A stretch of DNA of 64,000 nucleotides from Candidatus Hodarchaeota archaeon (GTDB lineage Archaea; Asgardarchaeota; Lokiarchaeia; Sigyniarchaeales; SOKP01): assembly GCA_048886685.1 (NCBI GenBank), contig JBHLKM010000016.1, positions 32,001 to 96,000 on the forward strand, read 5' to 3'. This document shows positions 19,936-31,003 of the stretch, in pieces. Positions within the stretch are counted from its first letter, which is position 1; each line of letters begins with the position of its first letter. The notes beneath the pieces were generated by a model. That model had not been told where the DNA came from, did not search any database, and worked only from the letters and a program-made list of their open reading frames with translations. The position numbers and the translations under genes were made by a program.

Positions 19936-20337
19936 CTATTCATTTTCATTATTTCCTAACCATTCTTTAAATGTTTTTTGAGGGATCATTTCCTGTATTG
20001 ATATACCTGTCTGTTCTTTAAATTGCTTTTCTATCTCCCTCGTCCATAGCTTCTTATCTATCTGATCATTCAGCTTTATTAAGACTATACCTCCTCTTGC
20101 ATCAAAAGCATCACGTTTAAATGAATCTCTTTGCCTTGTTTTGTATTTACTATGCCAATACATCTCCCAAAACTCATATAATACCTCATATTTCTTTCCA
20201 TTTATCAAAACACTGTTATATCCATCTACATGAGATCTCGGGTGAACTTTTTTATTCACTCCCTTAATTTTTATTTGATTTCCTACAATATTGCGTAAAT
20301 GTGTATGATCAAATTTTACGCCAAATATTTTTTCCAA
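19936..20337 (-). CDS. Hypothetical protein, possible PD-(D/E)xK (Vsr/DUF559-like) nuclease domain or remnant
   Basis: HVDGY...VLYEFWEMYWH...RD pattern resembles the VDG...EFxGxYWH nuclease motif. Confidence 0.5.
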   Translation of the reverse strand: MEKIFGVKFDHTHLRNIVGNQIKIKGVNKKVHPRSHVDGYNSVLINGKKYEVLYEFWEMYWHSKYKTRQRDSFKRDAFDARGGIVLIKLNDQIDKKLWTREIEKQFKEQTGISIQEMIPQKTFKEWLGNNENE

Positions 20338-20345
20338 TAGTAGGT

Positions 20346-20915
20346 TTATTCTGATTCTTTTTTTTCAAATTTTTCAAATTTATATTTTGATTTATCTTTT
20401 GGGATTATATAGCTCCCTCCTTCAGAATCAATAATTTTTAATGTAAATTCGAATTTTCCTTCTAATGCGTTTTTCAAATTATTTAAAAGATCTTCAATCT
20501 CAGGTATTTCTGGGTCTCCTTCTTTGAGATTCTTCCTATATATTGAAACGGCACTTTCAAATCTATATAAAATACCTTCTACATTAGTATAATAAAAATT
20601 GGCTCTGGGACCTGGTTCTACAATTAATTCGAGCTCAGGAATTTCTAATTTTCCTACAGGGGAACGGTAAATCTTTGATTTAAGGTCTTCTTCAGTTGTC
20701 ACTTTCAAGGTCATAATTCCTGGATCCATATTTGTTGTTAAAGGAATTACATCATTTTTATGAAAGCTGCAAGTATCGCATTCGAACTTCAATATGAGCA
20801 TCTTGTCTCCATCAGGTAAATCATAGACATTCTTAATGATGTCTATTGTGCCATTTTCACATGAGGGACATTTAAATGAATATAAAATTTCACTATTTTT
20901 TTTCTCAGTAGACAT
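20346..20915 (-). CDS. ZPR1 zinc-finger protein
   Basis: CPSC...CDTC, IPELELIVEPG, TNVEGIL and D-x-x-G-x-S-Y-I motifs. Confidence 0.92.
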   Translation of the reverse strand: MSTEKKNSEILYSFKCPSCENGTIDIIKNVYDLPDGDKMLILKFECDTCSFHKNDVIPLTTNMDPGIMTLKVTTEEDLKSKIYRSPVGKLEIPELELIVEPGPRANFYYTNVEGILYRFESAVSIYRKNLKEGDPEIPEIEDLLNNLKNALEGKFEFTLKIIDSEGGSYIIPKDKSKYKFEKFEKKESE

Positions 20916-21157
20916 AAGGATAATAAAAATTTCAAATTAGCTTAAATTTAATCTCAACTTATTTTAAAGTTACTCAATATTAATTTAAAATAAAGCAATT
21001 TCGAAAATAAACTATATATTAGAACCTTATTTTTAGATATAATAATTATAATTAAAAACTCTATATTATTGTTTAATATTGCAATTATAGGAGAAAAATC
21101 AAAAGAACTATCATTGATTAATTACAAAAGAACTCAATAATAAAAAGTTGGTTAAAT

Positions 21158-21736
21158 TTGTCTCTAGAAGAAAAAATAGTAGAAATCTCTATGCATTGTA
21201 GAGGCGGTCAAACATGTATAACTGCTAGTCAATTACTAGCTGAAATGGCATTCGAGGAAGGCTTTAAGGACACAATAGCGATTCCCATAATTGGGGCTGA
21301 GCGAAGGGGCGCTCCTATCCAAGCATTTTCAAAAATTTCAAGAAGTAAATCGATTAAAACATACGATAGTGTAGTAAATCCAGATTATATTTTGATGTTT
21401 GATACCTCATTGCTGGAGATCCCGAGAATTAAAGAAAGCATAAAGGAAGGTGCAACATTAATAGCAAATAGCCCAAATCCAATCGATACTACTGACTTTC
21501 CTAAAAACATAAAGATTTTTATTGTCGATGCTACAGGAATTTGCATCGAAAAAGATTTTATGCATTCTAGTGGTCCTATCCTAAATATTCCTATGTTAGG
21601 TGCTTTTGGAAAGGTTACAGGGTATTATGATCTTAAAAGCATGGAAAAAGTTATTAAAAAAGAATTTGGGGAAGGGAGATTGGAAAAAAATATGAGCGTC
21701 GCAAGAGCAGCTTATGAAACAGTAAAGGAGGTATAA
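21158..21736 (+). CDS. porC: 2-oxoacid:ferredoxin oxidoreductase gamma subunit
   Basis: [12 protein letters not shown] and NIPMLGA. First gene of a gamma-delta-alpha-beta operon. Confidence 0.9.
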   Translation: MSLEEKIVEISMHCRGGQTCITASQLLAEMAFEEGFKDTIAIPIIGAERRGAPIQAFSKISRSKSIKTYDSVVNPDYILMFDTSLLEIPRIKESIKEGATLIANSPNPIDTTDFPKNIKIFIVDATGICIEKDFMHSSGPILNIPMLGAFGKVTGYYDLKSMEKVIKKEFGEGRLEKNMSVARAAYETVKEV

Positions 21737-21738
21737 TA

Positions 21739-22086
21739 TTGACAAAATCTAAAAAATGGAAGAATATCAACAAGTCTGTTGAAGAGCGTCCAAAAGTCCA
21801 AGAGTATAAAGATTGGGAGGAATTGCCGCCTATTCCAATATCTTTGCCCATAGATGGAAGCATTGGTACCACTGGGGATTGGAGAACTTTTAGGCCTATT
21901 ATCAAAGAAGGATGTAATCAATGTGGTATCTGTTGGATGTATTGCCCAGAAGGAGTAATAAAAAGGAAGCAAGATGGTTCTTTTGAAATAGATCTTAACT
22001 ATTGTAAAGGTTGTGGGATTTGTGCGAAAGAATGCCCATCAGATAATATAGAAATGGTAAGAGAGAGTGATATAAAAGATGGTTGA
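21739..22086 (+). CDS. porD: 2-oxoacid:ferredoxin oxidoreductase delta subunit (2x[4Fe-4S])
   Basis: TGDWRTFRP and two CxxCxxCxxxCP motifs. Confidence 0.92.
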   Translation: MTKSKKWKNINKSVEERPKVQEYKDWEELPPIPISLPIDGSIGTTGDWRTFRPIIKEGCNQCGICWMYCPEGVIKRKQDGSFEIDLNYCKGCGICAKECPSDNIEMVRESDIKDG

Positions 22087-23335
22087 AGCTCAACAAGATT
22101 TTATTCAGGAAAGAGAAACAAAAATAATTAAAGGAAATGTAGCTGCTGCGTATGCTGCAAAATCAGCTCGAGTTCAAGTAATCAGCGCATATCCAATTAC
22201 ACCACAAACTACTGTGGTTGAAAAGTTATCTGAATTTGCAGATAATGGAGAAATGCCAGGAACTCAATATATAAAAATGGAATCAGAACATAGCGTTTTT
22301 GCTGCTGTAATAGGTGCAAGTAAAGCAGGCACTCGAACATTTACAGCAACATCCGGTCAAGGTATATTTTATGCACATGAAATGATTCATTGGGCAGCAG
22401 GTGCCAGACTTCCTATTATTGTTGCTATTGCTTCAAGAGGACCAGCACCACCTTGGAATATTTGGGCAGATTTTACCGATGTGTTAAGTCAACGTGATAC
22501 AGGATGGATGAGTTCGTTTTGTGCTTCTCATCAAGAAATATATGATGAAATCCTGATGTCATATAAAGTTTGTGAAGATCATGAGGTTTTACTTCCCAAA
22601 TTTGTTGCTTATGGTGGTTTTATATTATCTCATACTTCAAAACCAGTGATAATTGAAGACCAGGATCTTGTTGATAAATATTTACCCTCATTGCCTGGTG
22701 AAGAAGGGTGGCCCCATATTTGGATGGATCCTAAGAGACCGATGATGTTTGGTAATCTTATTATGCCTTCGGGATTTTATTACGAATTTAGAATGAAAAT
22801 TCATGACTCCTTTATTCGAGCCAAAGAAAAGATCAAAAATGCAGCAAAAGAGTTTGAGAATGTTTTTGGGAGAAGTTATGGAAATGGATTAATTCAAGAA
22901 TACCATATGGATGATTCGAAGGTGGGTGTTGTAATTTATGGTGATTTAGCATTACAAATGGAACAGGCTATAGATGATTTAAGAGAAGAAGGATATAAGG
23001 TAGGCATGGTGAAATTAAGACATTTCCGACCGTTTCCTGTAGAAGATATCCTCAATTCTATTAAAAAAGTGAAACTTATAGGAGTTATTGATAGAGCGAC
23101 AGCGTTTGGATCACAAACTGGAGGCCCAGTTAGCTGTGAGGTTAAAGCCGCTTTGCATGAAACAAAAAATACCCCTACTGTATTGCCTATAATAAATGGC
23201 TTGGGTGGAAGAGAAGTATCTTTAGAACAACAAAAAGATCAATTAAAAATGTTAATTAAATTAGAAGAAATTGGAGAATTACCCAAAGATATGATACATG
23301 GAACTCTCTGGGATGGACTATTGGAGGTTGAATAA
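22079..23335 (+). CDS. porA: 2-oxoacid:ferredoxin oxidoreductase alpha subunit
   Basis: [19 protein letters not shown] and RPFP motifs. Confidence 0.93.
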   Translation: MVEAQQDFIQERETKIIKGNVAAAYAAKSARVQVISAYPITPQTTVVEKLSEFADNGEMPGTQYIKMESEHSVFAAVIGASKAGTRTFTATSGQGIFYAHEMIHWAAGARLPIIVAIASRGPAPPWNIWADFTDVLSQRDTGWMSSFCASHQEIYDEILMSYKVCEDHEVLLPKFVAYGGFILSHTSKPVIIEDQDLVDKYLPSLPGEEGWPHIWMDPKRPMMFGNLIMPSGFYYEFRMKIHDSFIRAKEKIKNAAKEFENVFGRSYGNGLIQEYHMDDSKVGVVIYGDLALQMEQAIDDLREEGYKVGMVKLRHFRPFPVEDILNSIKKVKLIGVIDRATAFGSQTGGPVSCEVKAALHETKNTPTVLPIINGLGGREVSLEQQKDQLKMLIKLEEIGELPKDMIHGTLWDGLLEVE

Positions 23336-23338
23336 CAA

Positions 23339-24280
23339 ATGGTTAAATTAAAAGAAGCATTAGATTCATGCCAAGAAGAATATTTCCTTCCAGGAAATTC
23401 TTGCTGTGCTGGTTGTGGTCTTGAAATTGCTCTTCGTTGGGCAATGAAAGCTTTAGGACCTAATACAGCATTGGTTACTCCAGCTTCATGTTTGAATGTA
23501 GTAATTGGGTTATGGCCAAAAACAGCACCAAATTTTCCTTTTACTAATATGGCTTTTGCAGCAGGAGCAGCGGCAGCCACTGGTATGGAAGCGGCTTTCA
23601 AGGCTAAAGCATATAAGTTCCCTAATAAAGGATGGGATGAAATAACAACTTTAGTATTTGCTGGAGATGGAGGTACTGCAGATATAGGTATTCAAGGTCT
23701 CAGTGGAGCTGCAGAAAGAAATTCAAACATTATATATACTTGTTACGACAATGAGGCATATATGAACACTGGGATCCAACGATCTTCGAGTACACCTCAT
23801 GGGGCAATTACAACAACAACGACTCTTGGAAAGGAAAGATATAAGAAAAATCTTCCAGGTATTCTAGTTGCACATGACATACCTTATGTTGCAACATGTA
23901 GTATAAGCGAACCACTTGATTTGTATGATAAATTTAAAAAAGCTAAATCAATTAAAGGTTGTAAATATATACACATTTTAGCTCCTTGTCCTCCAGGTTG
24001 GGGATTCGGTTCCGAAGAAGCAATAGAAATTGCTCGTTTAGCTGTTAAATCAGGCTCATGGATATTATATGAAGTTGAAAATGGTATTATGAAATTATCA
24101 AAAAAGAGCAAGTCTTTATTAGAACCTTCTAAAAGAGTTCCATTAGTTGAATACCTTTCCAAACAAAAACGTTTTTCACAGATTTCTGAGAAGGATTTAA
24201 TAGAACTTCAAGAACGCCTAGATCATAATTGGGAGCGAATAAATGTTGAATTAAGTTGTCAAGAACAATATCCAAAATAA
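23339..24280 (+). CDS. porB: 2-oxoacid:ferredoxin oxidoreductase beta subunit
   Basis: CAGCG, GDGG (TPP), DNEAYMNTGIQRS and PCP motifs. Confidence 0.93.
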   Translation: MVKLKEALDSCQEEYFLPGNSCCAGCGLEIALRWAMKALGPNTALVTPASCLNVVIGLWPKTAPNFPFTNMAFAAGAAAATGMEAAFKAKAYKFPNKGWDEITTLVFAGDGGTADIGIQGLSGAAERNSNIIYTCYDNEAYMNTGIQRSSSTPHGAITTTTTLGKERYKKNLPGILVAHDIPYVATCSISEPLDLYDKFKKAKSIKGCKYIHILAPCPPGWGFGSEEAIEIARLAVKSGSWILYEVENGIMKLSKKSKSLLEPSKRVPLVEYLSKQKRFSQISEKDLIELQERLDHNWERINVELSCQEQYPK

Positions 24281-24376
24281 TTTTACAATTCTTTTCCTAA
24301 TGCAGTTGATTTCAGAATGAAAATATAATAGAAGAAAACCTTAGAGTACAATAAGGAAAAAATATTATATTTATTA

Positions 24377-25036
24377 ATGGGATTTTTAGTAAAATTAGCA
24401 GGAAAAGAACTAAAAGAGATTGAGTTTTATCTAAAAATTGCGGTTGATTTTATAATTCAAGGAAAAGTGATTAGCTTCCCAACCGACAGTGTTTATGGTA
24501 TTGGAGGAAATCCTTTAAATTTAGATGTTGTTAATAGATTATATGATATCAAATTTCGAGACAGAGCTAAAGGGTTTCTTCTATTAGTCTCCGATTTTGA
24601 AGAGGCTTTAAAAATTGCAGAGTTTAATGAATTAGCTAAAAAATTAGCTAAACGATATTGGCCAGGTCAATTAACATTAATTTTAAGAAAAAAGGAACGA
24701 AGTATAATTCCACCAGAAATAACTGCTTTTAAGAATACAATTGGCTTACGAGTCCCAGAGAACGAGATTATCTTGAAAATTTTGAGCCTTTTGAAAGCAG
24801 ATGGACATCTCGGAGTTATAATAGGAACTTCCGCAAATTATTCTGGTGAACCTCCTTGTATTAGTGGAGAGGAAGTTGCAAAGAAATTATTAAGCCCTAT
24901 TGATTTAATCATTGATGCGGGTAAATCTAAATCACAATTATCAACAACTATAGTTGATTGTACTACGTCAGAACCAAAATTTTTAAGAATAGGGATGATG
25001 CCTGAAGAAGAGATTTTGGATTTTTTATCAAAATAA
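24377..25036 (+). CDS. Threonylcarbamoyl-AMP synthase (Sua5/TsaC, YrdC domain only)
   Basis: FPTDSVYG, KxR, WPGQLT, TSANYSG and STTIVD motifs. Confidence 0.92.
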   Translation: MGFLVKLAGKELKEIEFYLKIAVDFIIQGKVISFPTDSVYGIGGNPLNLDVVNRLYDIKFRDRAKGFLLLVSDFEEALKIAEFNELAKKLAKRYWPGQLTLILRKKERSIIPPEITAFKNTIGLRVPENEIILKILSLLKADGHLGVIIGTSANYSGEPPCISGEEVAKKLLSPIDLIIDAGKSKSQLSTTIVDCTTSEPKFLRIGMMPEEEILDFLSK

Positions 25037-25569
25037 TGAGGAAGGTATATATGAAAAATTTTAATTTACTAATCTCAACATCTAGATTTAATGAGACTAA
25101 TGCCGCTACCGAAATGTGGTTTACCCTATTAATGTGTGGTGATAATTATCCTATTATTTCAAAATTAACGTTTCCTGGACTAATTTCTGCTTTATCTAAC
25201 ATAGATGCCAAAAAAGTAATTCTAAAAATACAACAAATATTGAAAAAAGATCCTCATTTTTTCCAATTTATCTTAAATATTATTCCCATTGATTTTATTT
25301 GTGAAACTAATATAAAAATATTAGCAAATCTAATACAAGAAAATTCAAAAACTTATATAAAAGAAGGAGATTCTTTCAAAATAGTATTAAAAAGAAGAAA
25401 GCATGAAAAAATAGAAAGGAATAATGCAATTGAACGAATTGCCAACCGAATAAATAATAAGGTTGATCTTGAAAATCCAGATAAAGTTATTAGAATTGAG
25501 GTACTAGGTAATTTTTGTGCCGTGTCTTTTCTAAAACGAGATGATATTATTAAAATAGGGAATCTCTAA
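25036..25569 (+). CDS. THUMP-domain protein
   Basis: FKIVLKRR and KVDLENPDKVIRIEV. Confidence 0.85.
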   Translation: MRKVYMKNFNLLISTSRFNETNAATEMWFTLLMCGDNYPIISKLTFPGLISALSNIDAKKVILKIQQILKKDPHFFQFILNIIPIDFICETNIKILANLIQENSKTYIKEGDSFKIVLKRRKHEKIERNNAIERIANRINNKVDLENPDKVIRIEVLGNFCAVSFLKRDDIIKIGNL

Positions 25570-25586
25570 AAGTTTTTTTTAATTAT

Positions 25587-26291
25587 TTATGTCTTTTCTA
25601 TGTTTACCAGAGCCATTTTCTCACAAATTAAATCAAATATTGCTCTAGACAAAGATTCTAAATCGTTTTTGAACTCTACTAAATCTTTTTCCTTATTCCC
25701 ATAAGATTTTAAAACAGATTTGATTTGTGATGAATTTATATCAAATTTATCTATGATCGTGTTGATTTTTTCAATTCTTAAGTTATTTATTGTTAAATCT
25801 ATCTCTTTGACGTCTAAAATTTGTATGAGCTCCTCATTAATTTTATATAGGTTATCATATGGTGAAACAATACAGATTATAATGTTTCCTTCCTTTAAAT
25901 CATAATAATCAATTCCGAAGGATTCAATAGCTTTACTGATTTGCCGATTTGAAGATAGATATAACAATAATTCAATATTTTTTTTATTTGATATATGTGT
26001 TTTATGAAAAAAAGCTTTTTGCATGTAATAACACGCAATAAAGATATGGTCTTGATTTAAAAGATATTTATCGCTAATAAATTGTATAGTTGACTCTTCA
26101 TATTTATTTTGGAGTTCCTCAATTATGTTAAATAAATAATTTAGAACTTTATCTTCACCATCTATGTCATTAGCTTTTAAAAATTGATTTAAGTCAAATT
26201 TAATTTGATTTACTCCAACAAAATATCTTAATTCTATTGTATCAAAATAAAAACTTCTTACAATCATACAGGGAGTCTCCAAGTAAACCAA
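25587..26291 (-). CDS. cgi121: KEOPS subunit Cgi121-like
   Basis: ELLLYLSSNRQISKAIESFG and C-terminal EKMAL. Confidence 0.85.
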   Translation of the reverse strand: MVYLETPCMIVRSFYFDTIELRYFVGVNQIKFDLNQFLKANDIDGEDKVLNYLFNIIEELQNKYEESTIQFISDKYLLNQDHIFIACYYMQKAFFHKTHISNKKNIELLLYLSSNRQISKAIESFGIDYYDLKEGNIIICIVSPYDNLYKINEELIQILDVKEIDLTINNLRIEKINTIIDKFDINSSQIKSVLKSYGNKEKDLVEFKNDLESLSRAIFDLICEKMALVNIEKT

Positions 26292-27031
26292 TCTGGCATT
26301 AAACTATATTGGATTCTAATGAAAATGAATGTTATAAGAAATAATATTAAATAAATTGTAAAAATCCAATCTTTTACTAAAAATTTAATTGTATAATAAA
26401 ATGACCTTTCTTTCTCACTTCCAAAGGCTCTTGATTCTAAAGCTTCTGCTACATTAAAAGCCCTTCTAATTGAGCATATGATTAATGGGATTAATAAAGG
26501 AAAGAGGTTTTTGATTTGATTAATAAGCCCTTTTTTTTCCATTTCATATCCTCTACTTTGTTGAGCATCGATGATATTTTGGGCTTCAGTAGCAATGGTT
26601 GGTACAAATCTAAACGCTAAAGAAAAAGAAAAAGCAAATTCGTATGGAAATTTCATAGATATCAAAGAAAGAGCTAAGTCGTTAGGATCCACTGTTAAAA
26701 AAAAGATTGAAAAGGCGGAAACCATGATACAAATTCTCAGTATCATAGCAATAGCAAACGATAAGGATAAGAATAATGTGTTTAATATAATTATAAAAAC
26801 AACTAAAAATGATAAACCCCGAATACTCTTTATCCACTGTTTGAGGATTTTGCCAATGATAACTAAAGGGATTAAACTCAAAAAAATTATGAGTAAAGGA
26901 ATAATTTGATTGAATAATAAAGCACTTATAGTGTATATTAGTGCAAATACCAGTTTAGCTCTTGGATCTAAATTATGTAAAAAAGAGTCCTTTTTCATAA
27001 ATTTAAAAGCATTGAGAAATTCTAAAGACAT
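26264..27031 (-). CDS. ecfT: ECF transporter transmembrane component T
   Basis: LDPRAKL, RFVP, AQQSRG and ALESRAF motifs. Confidence 0.92.
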   Translation of the reverse strand: MSLEFLNAFKFMKKDSFLHNLDPRAKLVFALIYTISALLFNQIIPLLIIFLSLIPLVIIGKILKQWIKSIRGLSFLVVFIIILNTLFLSLSFAIAMILRICIMVSAFSIFFLTVDPNDLALSLISMKFPYEFAFSFSLAFRFVPTIATEAQNIIDAQQSRGYEMEKKGLINQIKNLFPLLIPLIICSIRRAFNVAEALESRAFGSEKERSFYYTIKFLVKDWIFTIYLILFLITFIFIRIQYSLMPDWFTWRLPV

Positions 27032-27046
27032 ATACTTTTACTCCTC

Positions 27047-27913
27047 CTAAACACTAGTAGTTTTTTTTCTCAAAAATTTAATTAGATATTCAGTAATTTC
27101 GCTTTTTGAAAAATACTTATTGATACCTTGGAATCCTATTTCTTGCAAAACTAAAGATAACTGCCGAGTTTGCGGGAGAATTAAAGATGATCTTTCAGTT
27201 AAAAATCCATTACTTAATACATTATGAGTTGGACCATCTGCAATAATTTCTCCGCCCTCCATTAAAATTGTCCTAGGGATAAATTCATAAGCAAATTCAA
27301 TATTATGAGTGATAATTATGATTGTTTTGCCTTGTTTCTTCTCATTATTGATTAGTCTTATAAAAGATTCAATTTCTCTAGCATCTTGACCTAGTGTAGG
27401 TTCATCAAATACTAAGATTTCAGGGCCTCTGCAAATTATTGAAGCAATAGCTAATTTTTTAGATTCCCCTCCTGATAAATTTAAAGGAGATCTATCGCGG
27501 TATTTGTCAAGGTTAAAATTTTTTAAGATTTCATTTGTTTTTAATTCAAGCTCCTCCTTGTTCATATTTAGATTTTTTAAAGAGAATTCAATCTCATCTT
27601 CAACAGTGTTAGCAAATAGCTGATGAGAAGGATTTTGAAAAATTAAACCTACTTTTTTAGATAACTCGGCTATACTTTTAGAACCAATGTTTTTATTGTT
27701 AATGTAAATATTACCTGATGTTGGTCTTATTAATCCATTCAAGGTTCGAATAAGAGTCGTTTTACCAGCTCCATTTTTACCCATTATTCCTAATAACTCT
27801 CCTTTATAAACATTTAAATTGATATCTTTCAATGCTATAGTACCATTTGGATAAGTATATTCGACATTTTCAATAATTATTAATGGAAAATCCTTCGATA
27901 TCGTAATCACCAT
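27047..27913 (-). CDS. ecfA: ECF transporter ATPase
   Basis: GKNGAGKTT, FQNP, LSGGE and DEPT. Confidence 0.92.
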   Translation of the reverse strand: MVITISKDFPLIIIENVEYTYPNGTIALKDINLNVYKGELLGIMGKNGAGKTTLIRTLNGLIRPTSGNIYINNKNIGSKSIAELSKKVGLIFQNPSHQLFANTVEDEIEFSLKNLNMNKEELELKTNEILKNFNLDKYRDRSPLNLSGGESKKLAIASIICRGPEILVFDEPTLGQDAREIESFIRLINNEKKQGKTIIIITHNIEFAYEFIPRTILMEGGEIIADGPTHNVLSNGFLTERSSLILPQTRQLSLVLQEIGFQGINKYFSKSEITEYLIKFLRKKTTSV

Positions 27914-28758
27914 TAGTCCGATTGTAATTTTTTCATAGAATCTATTGCAGCTGGAATTGAGGCCGGAATTTTTCCAGAAAATAAGTTTTCATTTTTTAAT
28001 CTATTGAATATCGTATAAATTACAGGTTTATTTAACATTAAATTTTGAAAATGTTTCCCATTGAGCACATCATCACGAGAACCATATTCAACAACTTCTC
28101 CGTTACTTATCAAGACCATTTGATCTGCAAAAGGAAGTACTAAGTCTAATCGATGTTCGCTTATCAGAATTGTAAGATTTCTCTCAACTTGAATTTCTTT
28201 TATCAAATTAATGATTTTTTTTGCCATATAAGGGTCTAATAAAGCTGTTGGTTCATCCAATATTAGAATTTTGGGTTCTAAGACAAGGATTGAAGCAATC
28301 GCAACACGTTGCTGTTCTCCACCACTTAATTCGAATGGTGCTTTATCCAAAATATGTTCAATTTCGGTTAATGAGGCACTTTCTTTTATCCTTTTTGAAA
28401 TTTCTTTTGAAGGTATACCTAAATTTTCCAGTCCAAATGCAATTTCATGTTCAACATTCATAGCGATTAATTGATTCTCCGGATTTTGAAAAACTATGCC
28501 AACATCAGTGGATAATTCAGCAATAGGGGTATTACTTGTATCTTTTTCATTTATAAATACTTTTCCCTTATAAAAACCAGAATAAAATTGGGGGATTAAA
28601 CCGTTCATGCATCTAATTAAGGTTGTTTTTCCAGAACCAGTTTCCCCACATAACAAAATAAAGTTATCTTCTTCTATTATTAAATTAATGTTATTTAGGG
28701 CATATTCTTCATTTCCTTTATAACGATAAGAAAATCCTTCAAATCTTATTAAATCCAT
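27913..28758 (-). CDS. ecfA: ECF transporter ATPase
   Basis: GETGSGKTT, FQNP, LSGGEQQR and DEPT. Confidence 0.92.
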   Translation of the reverse strand: MDLIRFEGFSYRYKGNEEYALNNINLIIEEDNFILLCGETGSGKTTLIRCMNGLIPQFYSGFYKGKVFINEKDTSNTPIAELSTDVGIVFQNPENQLIAMNVEHEIAFGLENLGIPSKEISKRIKESASLTEIEHILDKAPFELSGGEQQRVAIASILVLEPKILILDEPTALLDPYMAKKIINLIKEIQVERNLTILISEHRLDLVLPFADQMVLISNGEVVEYGSRDDVLNGKHFQNLMLNKPVIYTIFNRLKNENLFSGKIPASIPAAIDSMKKLQSD

Positions 28759-28821
28759 ACTTAAAATGCATCCTTAATTCAGCCTTGAATAATAATAATG
28801 TGTAATGATTTAAAATTTAGA

Positions 28822-29826
28822 TTATAAAAATTGTTTTATTCTTTCAACGACTTTAAGAAGAACAGATTCTAAATCCGCATTAAAGGTTAAAGATGCTGCA
28901 CCATCGTGTCCCCCACCACTTCCATTAGAATCTTCTGATATTTCTTCTAATATTTTCCCTAGATGTAATCCAGTTTTCATACAAATACTTTTTTTTGCTC
29001 TACTATTAATTAAATTCTTACTTTTTTCCTTTGTATAAATAATACTTATATCACATCCAGTTTTTATTAACATTGATGCAACACTGGCGCCAAAACTACT
29101 GACATTACTAATTCCAATTAAATAATCTCCTTTACGTATTAACTCAACTCTCTGTAGTCCTTTTATTTTAGCGATCTTTTCTGAAATATCCACTTCAGTT
29201 TTTAACATTAACTTTAGCTCCTGGAAATTTACTTCTCCATCTAATAAATCGCTTACTTTTTTAATTGTTTCATTATTTCCATATTTAAAAAAACCAGAAT
29301 CAGTTAAAATGGCAGCAACTATTAAATTTTTATAGGGGGGTGTTATATTCTGGTTGTAATAATTAAATAAATCTAAAATAATTTCAGATGTTGAAATAGC
29401 ATTATCATTAATTAAATTTAGTGAAGCTATGTTTCCGTTTTGTAATTTATTTTTATTAAAATGGTGATGATCTATAAACACATAAGGAATTTCTAATTTA
29501 ATGACTTCACTACAACTGAATTGTATTTGACTCAGATCGTTTGTGTCTGTTATTATACATACATCAAATTCGGAAAATTTTACCTCACTTTTATAATTAA
29601 AATTGAATTCAGGCAACTTTTCTGAGAAATTAAGCATAAAATTTTTTGTATGGTTCGAAAGTTCTGATAGTAAGATTGATATTGGTTTGTTGGTGTGCTG
29701 GAGTAAAAAGAATTTTAAAGCAAAACAAGATACAAACCCATCAATATCGGCTAAATCATGAGTTGTAATAAGGATTTTTTTACCTTTTAAGAAGGTTAAA
29801 AAATCTTCATATTTTGAATGCAACAT
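28822..29826 (-). CDS. DHH/DHHA1 phosphoesterase
   Basis: THDLADID, IDHH, TDSG and GGGHDGAA motifs. Confidence 0.9.
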   Translation of the reverse strand: MLHSKYEDFLTFLKGKKILITTHDLADIDGFVSCFALKFFLLQHTNKPISILLSELSNHTKNFMLNFSEKLPEFNFNYKSEVKFSEFDVCIITDTNDLSQIQFSCSEVIKLEIPYVFIDHHHFNKNKLQNGNIASLNLINDNAISTSEIILDLFNYYNQNITPPYKNLIVAAILTDSGFFKYGNNETIKKVSDLLDGEVNFQELKLMLKTEVDISEKIAKIKGLQRVELIRKGDYLIGISNVSSFGASVASMLIKTGCDISIIYTKEKSKNLINSRAKKSICMKTGLHLGKILEEISEDSNGSGGGHDGAASLTFNADLESVLLKVVERIKQFL

Positions 29827-29834
29827 GAAGCTGT

Positions 29835-30197
29835 TTAGGCGCTTTTATTTTGAAGATCAGCTTGAATTGAATTACTTAAAGTTGTAATTTGATTTTCTAA
29901 TCTTGATTTTTTTTGATCTAAGGTTTTTAATCTCATTTCGAGAGTTACTTTTAAGCTTTTTTTCTCATCAAGGAGCTTATTCTTTTCACTTTTTACCAGT
30001 ATTCCCCCAATTGACTTAAAAACCGGTGTATCCGCTTCTATTTTTTCCAATTCTTCTATTGCAAATTCGGTTTCTCTTAGATGGGATTCTGTCTGATTTT
30101 TTTGGGAATTAATAATTTCATAGGTTTGTTGTAGGTTTGCTAAATTTTGGATTTTATTTCTTTGTTCCTCATCAAGATTATTTAAATTGATTGACAT
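29835..30197 (-). CDS. pfdB: Prefoldin beta subunit
   Basis: Coiled coils flanking VFKSIGGILVK. Conserved position after pcc1. Confidence 0.92.
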   Translation of the reverse strand: MSINLNNLDEEQRNKIQNLANLQQTYEIINSQKNQTESHLRETEFAIEELEKIEADTPVFKSIGGILVKSEKNKLLDEKKSLKVTLEMRLKTLDQKKSRLENQITTLSNSIQADLQNKSA

Positions 30198-30261
30198 TTT
30201 ATTTACTTCTTCTTATTCTCTACTTTATTTTATAATTGAATTGTACTAATATTTCTTTACT

Positions 30262-30534
30262 TTAAGAAATTTCTGCTATTTTTATGGTGCTATCAATGAC
30301 TTTTCCAAAACTAATAATTTCATTCATACTAGCTCGAAATGCCGTGATATCACAAGATTCAACTTTAAAAACTAACTTACTATCATCTTGTTTGTTTACC
30401 AATACTTTAGATCGATAAGTTTGTAATTTTTTAATTTCTGGAATAAAGGAGTTATATGATATATCTCTTATTTGAGAATCATTAAAATTTAATTCTATTA
30501 TTGATTTAATGGTAAAAGGTTTATTTATTTTCAT
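30262..30534 (-). CDS. pcc1: KEOPS subunit Pcc1
   Basis: RSKV...DITAFRASMN, and its position between rpl37ae and pfdB. Confidence 0.85.
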   Translation of the reverse strand: MKINKPFTIKSIIELNFNDSQIRDISYNSFIPEIKKLQTYRSKVLVNKQDDSKLVFKVESCDITAFRASMNEIISFGKVIDSTIKIAEIS

Positions 30535-30815
30535 TATTCTTCAATTGTTTCTAATTCTCTTTGCTTACGTTTTGCGATTCTAAAAGATTCGGCACCTCTA
30601 GGAGTTTCAATAAAATATGCACCTCCTGTAAATCGAGCATCACATTTTCTGCAATGCCAAATGCCCGTTGATATTCTATGTATAGATCCTCTAGTTTCAC
30701 ACCTAGGGCATTTAGTATCTCCTTTCATTTTTTCTAAAATTAAACGAGTTCTTTTGCGTAAGGTACTCCCATAACGAGCACCGTATTTACCTGTGATTCC
30801 TGTTCGTTTTCCCAT
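30534..30815 (-). CDS. rpl37ae: Ribosomal protein eL43 (L37Ae)
   Basis: GKYGARYG, CPRC and GIWHCRKC...FTGGAY. Confidence 0.96.
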   Translation of the reverse strand: MGKRTGITGKYGARYGSTLRKRTRLILEKMKGDTKCPRCETRGSIHRISTGIWHCRKCDARFTGGAYFIETPRGAESFRIAKRKQRELETIEE

Positions 30816-31003
30816 TTTAGTTCAAAATTAGTTTTTAATAATCGATGTTATATTAAAACTTAGGGTAAACTATAAATTTTTCTAAACAACAAGAGAACTT
30901 TTAGGGAGAATTTTATTTTTTCCCCGAGTAAAACAAATTACAAAGGAAATTTATAAATAAATAAGAATTTAACAATTAAATTAATTATAATTTCTAATTT
31001 TTA

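Noticed and set aside
24377-30534. Clustering of sua5, cgi121 and pcc1 as a novel t6A island
   Set aside because: These are known t6A/KEOPS components in ordinary archaeal housekeeping neighbourhoods. kae1 and bud32 are not in the window.
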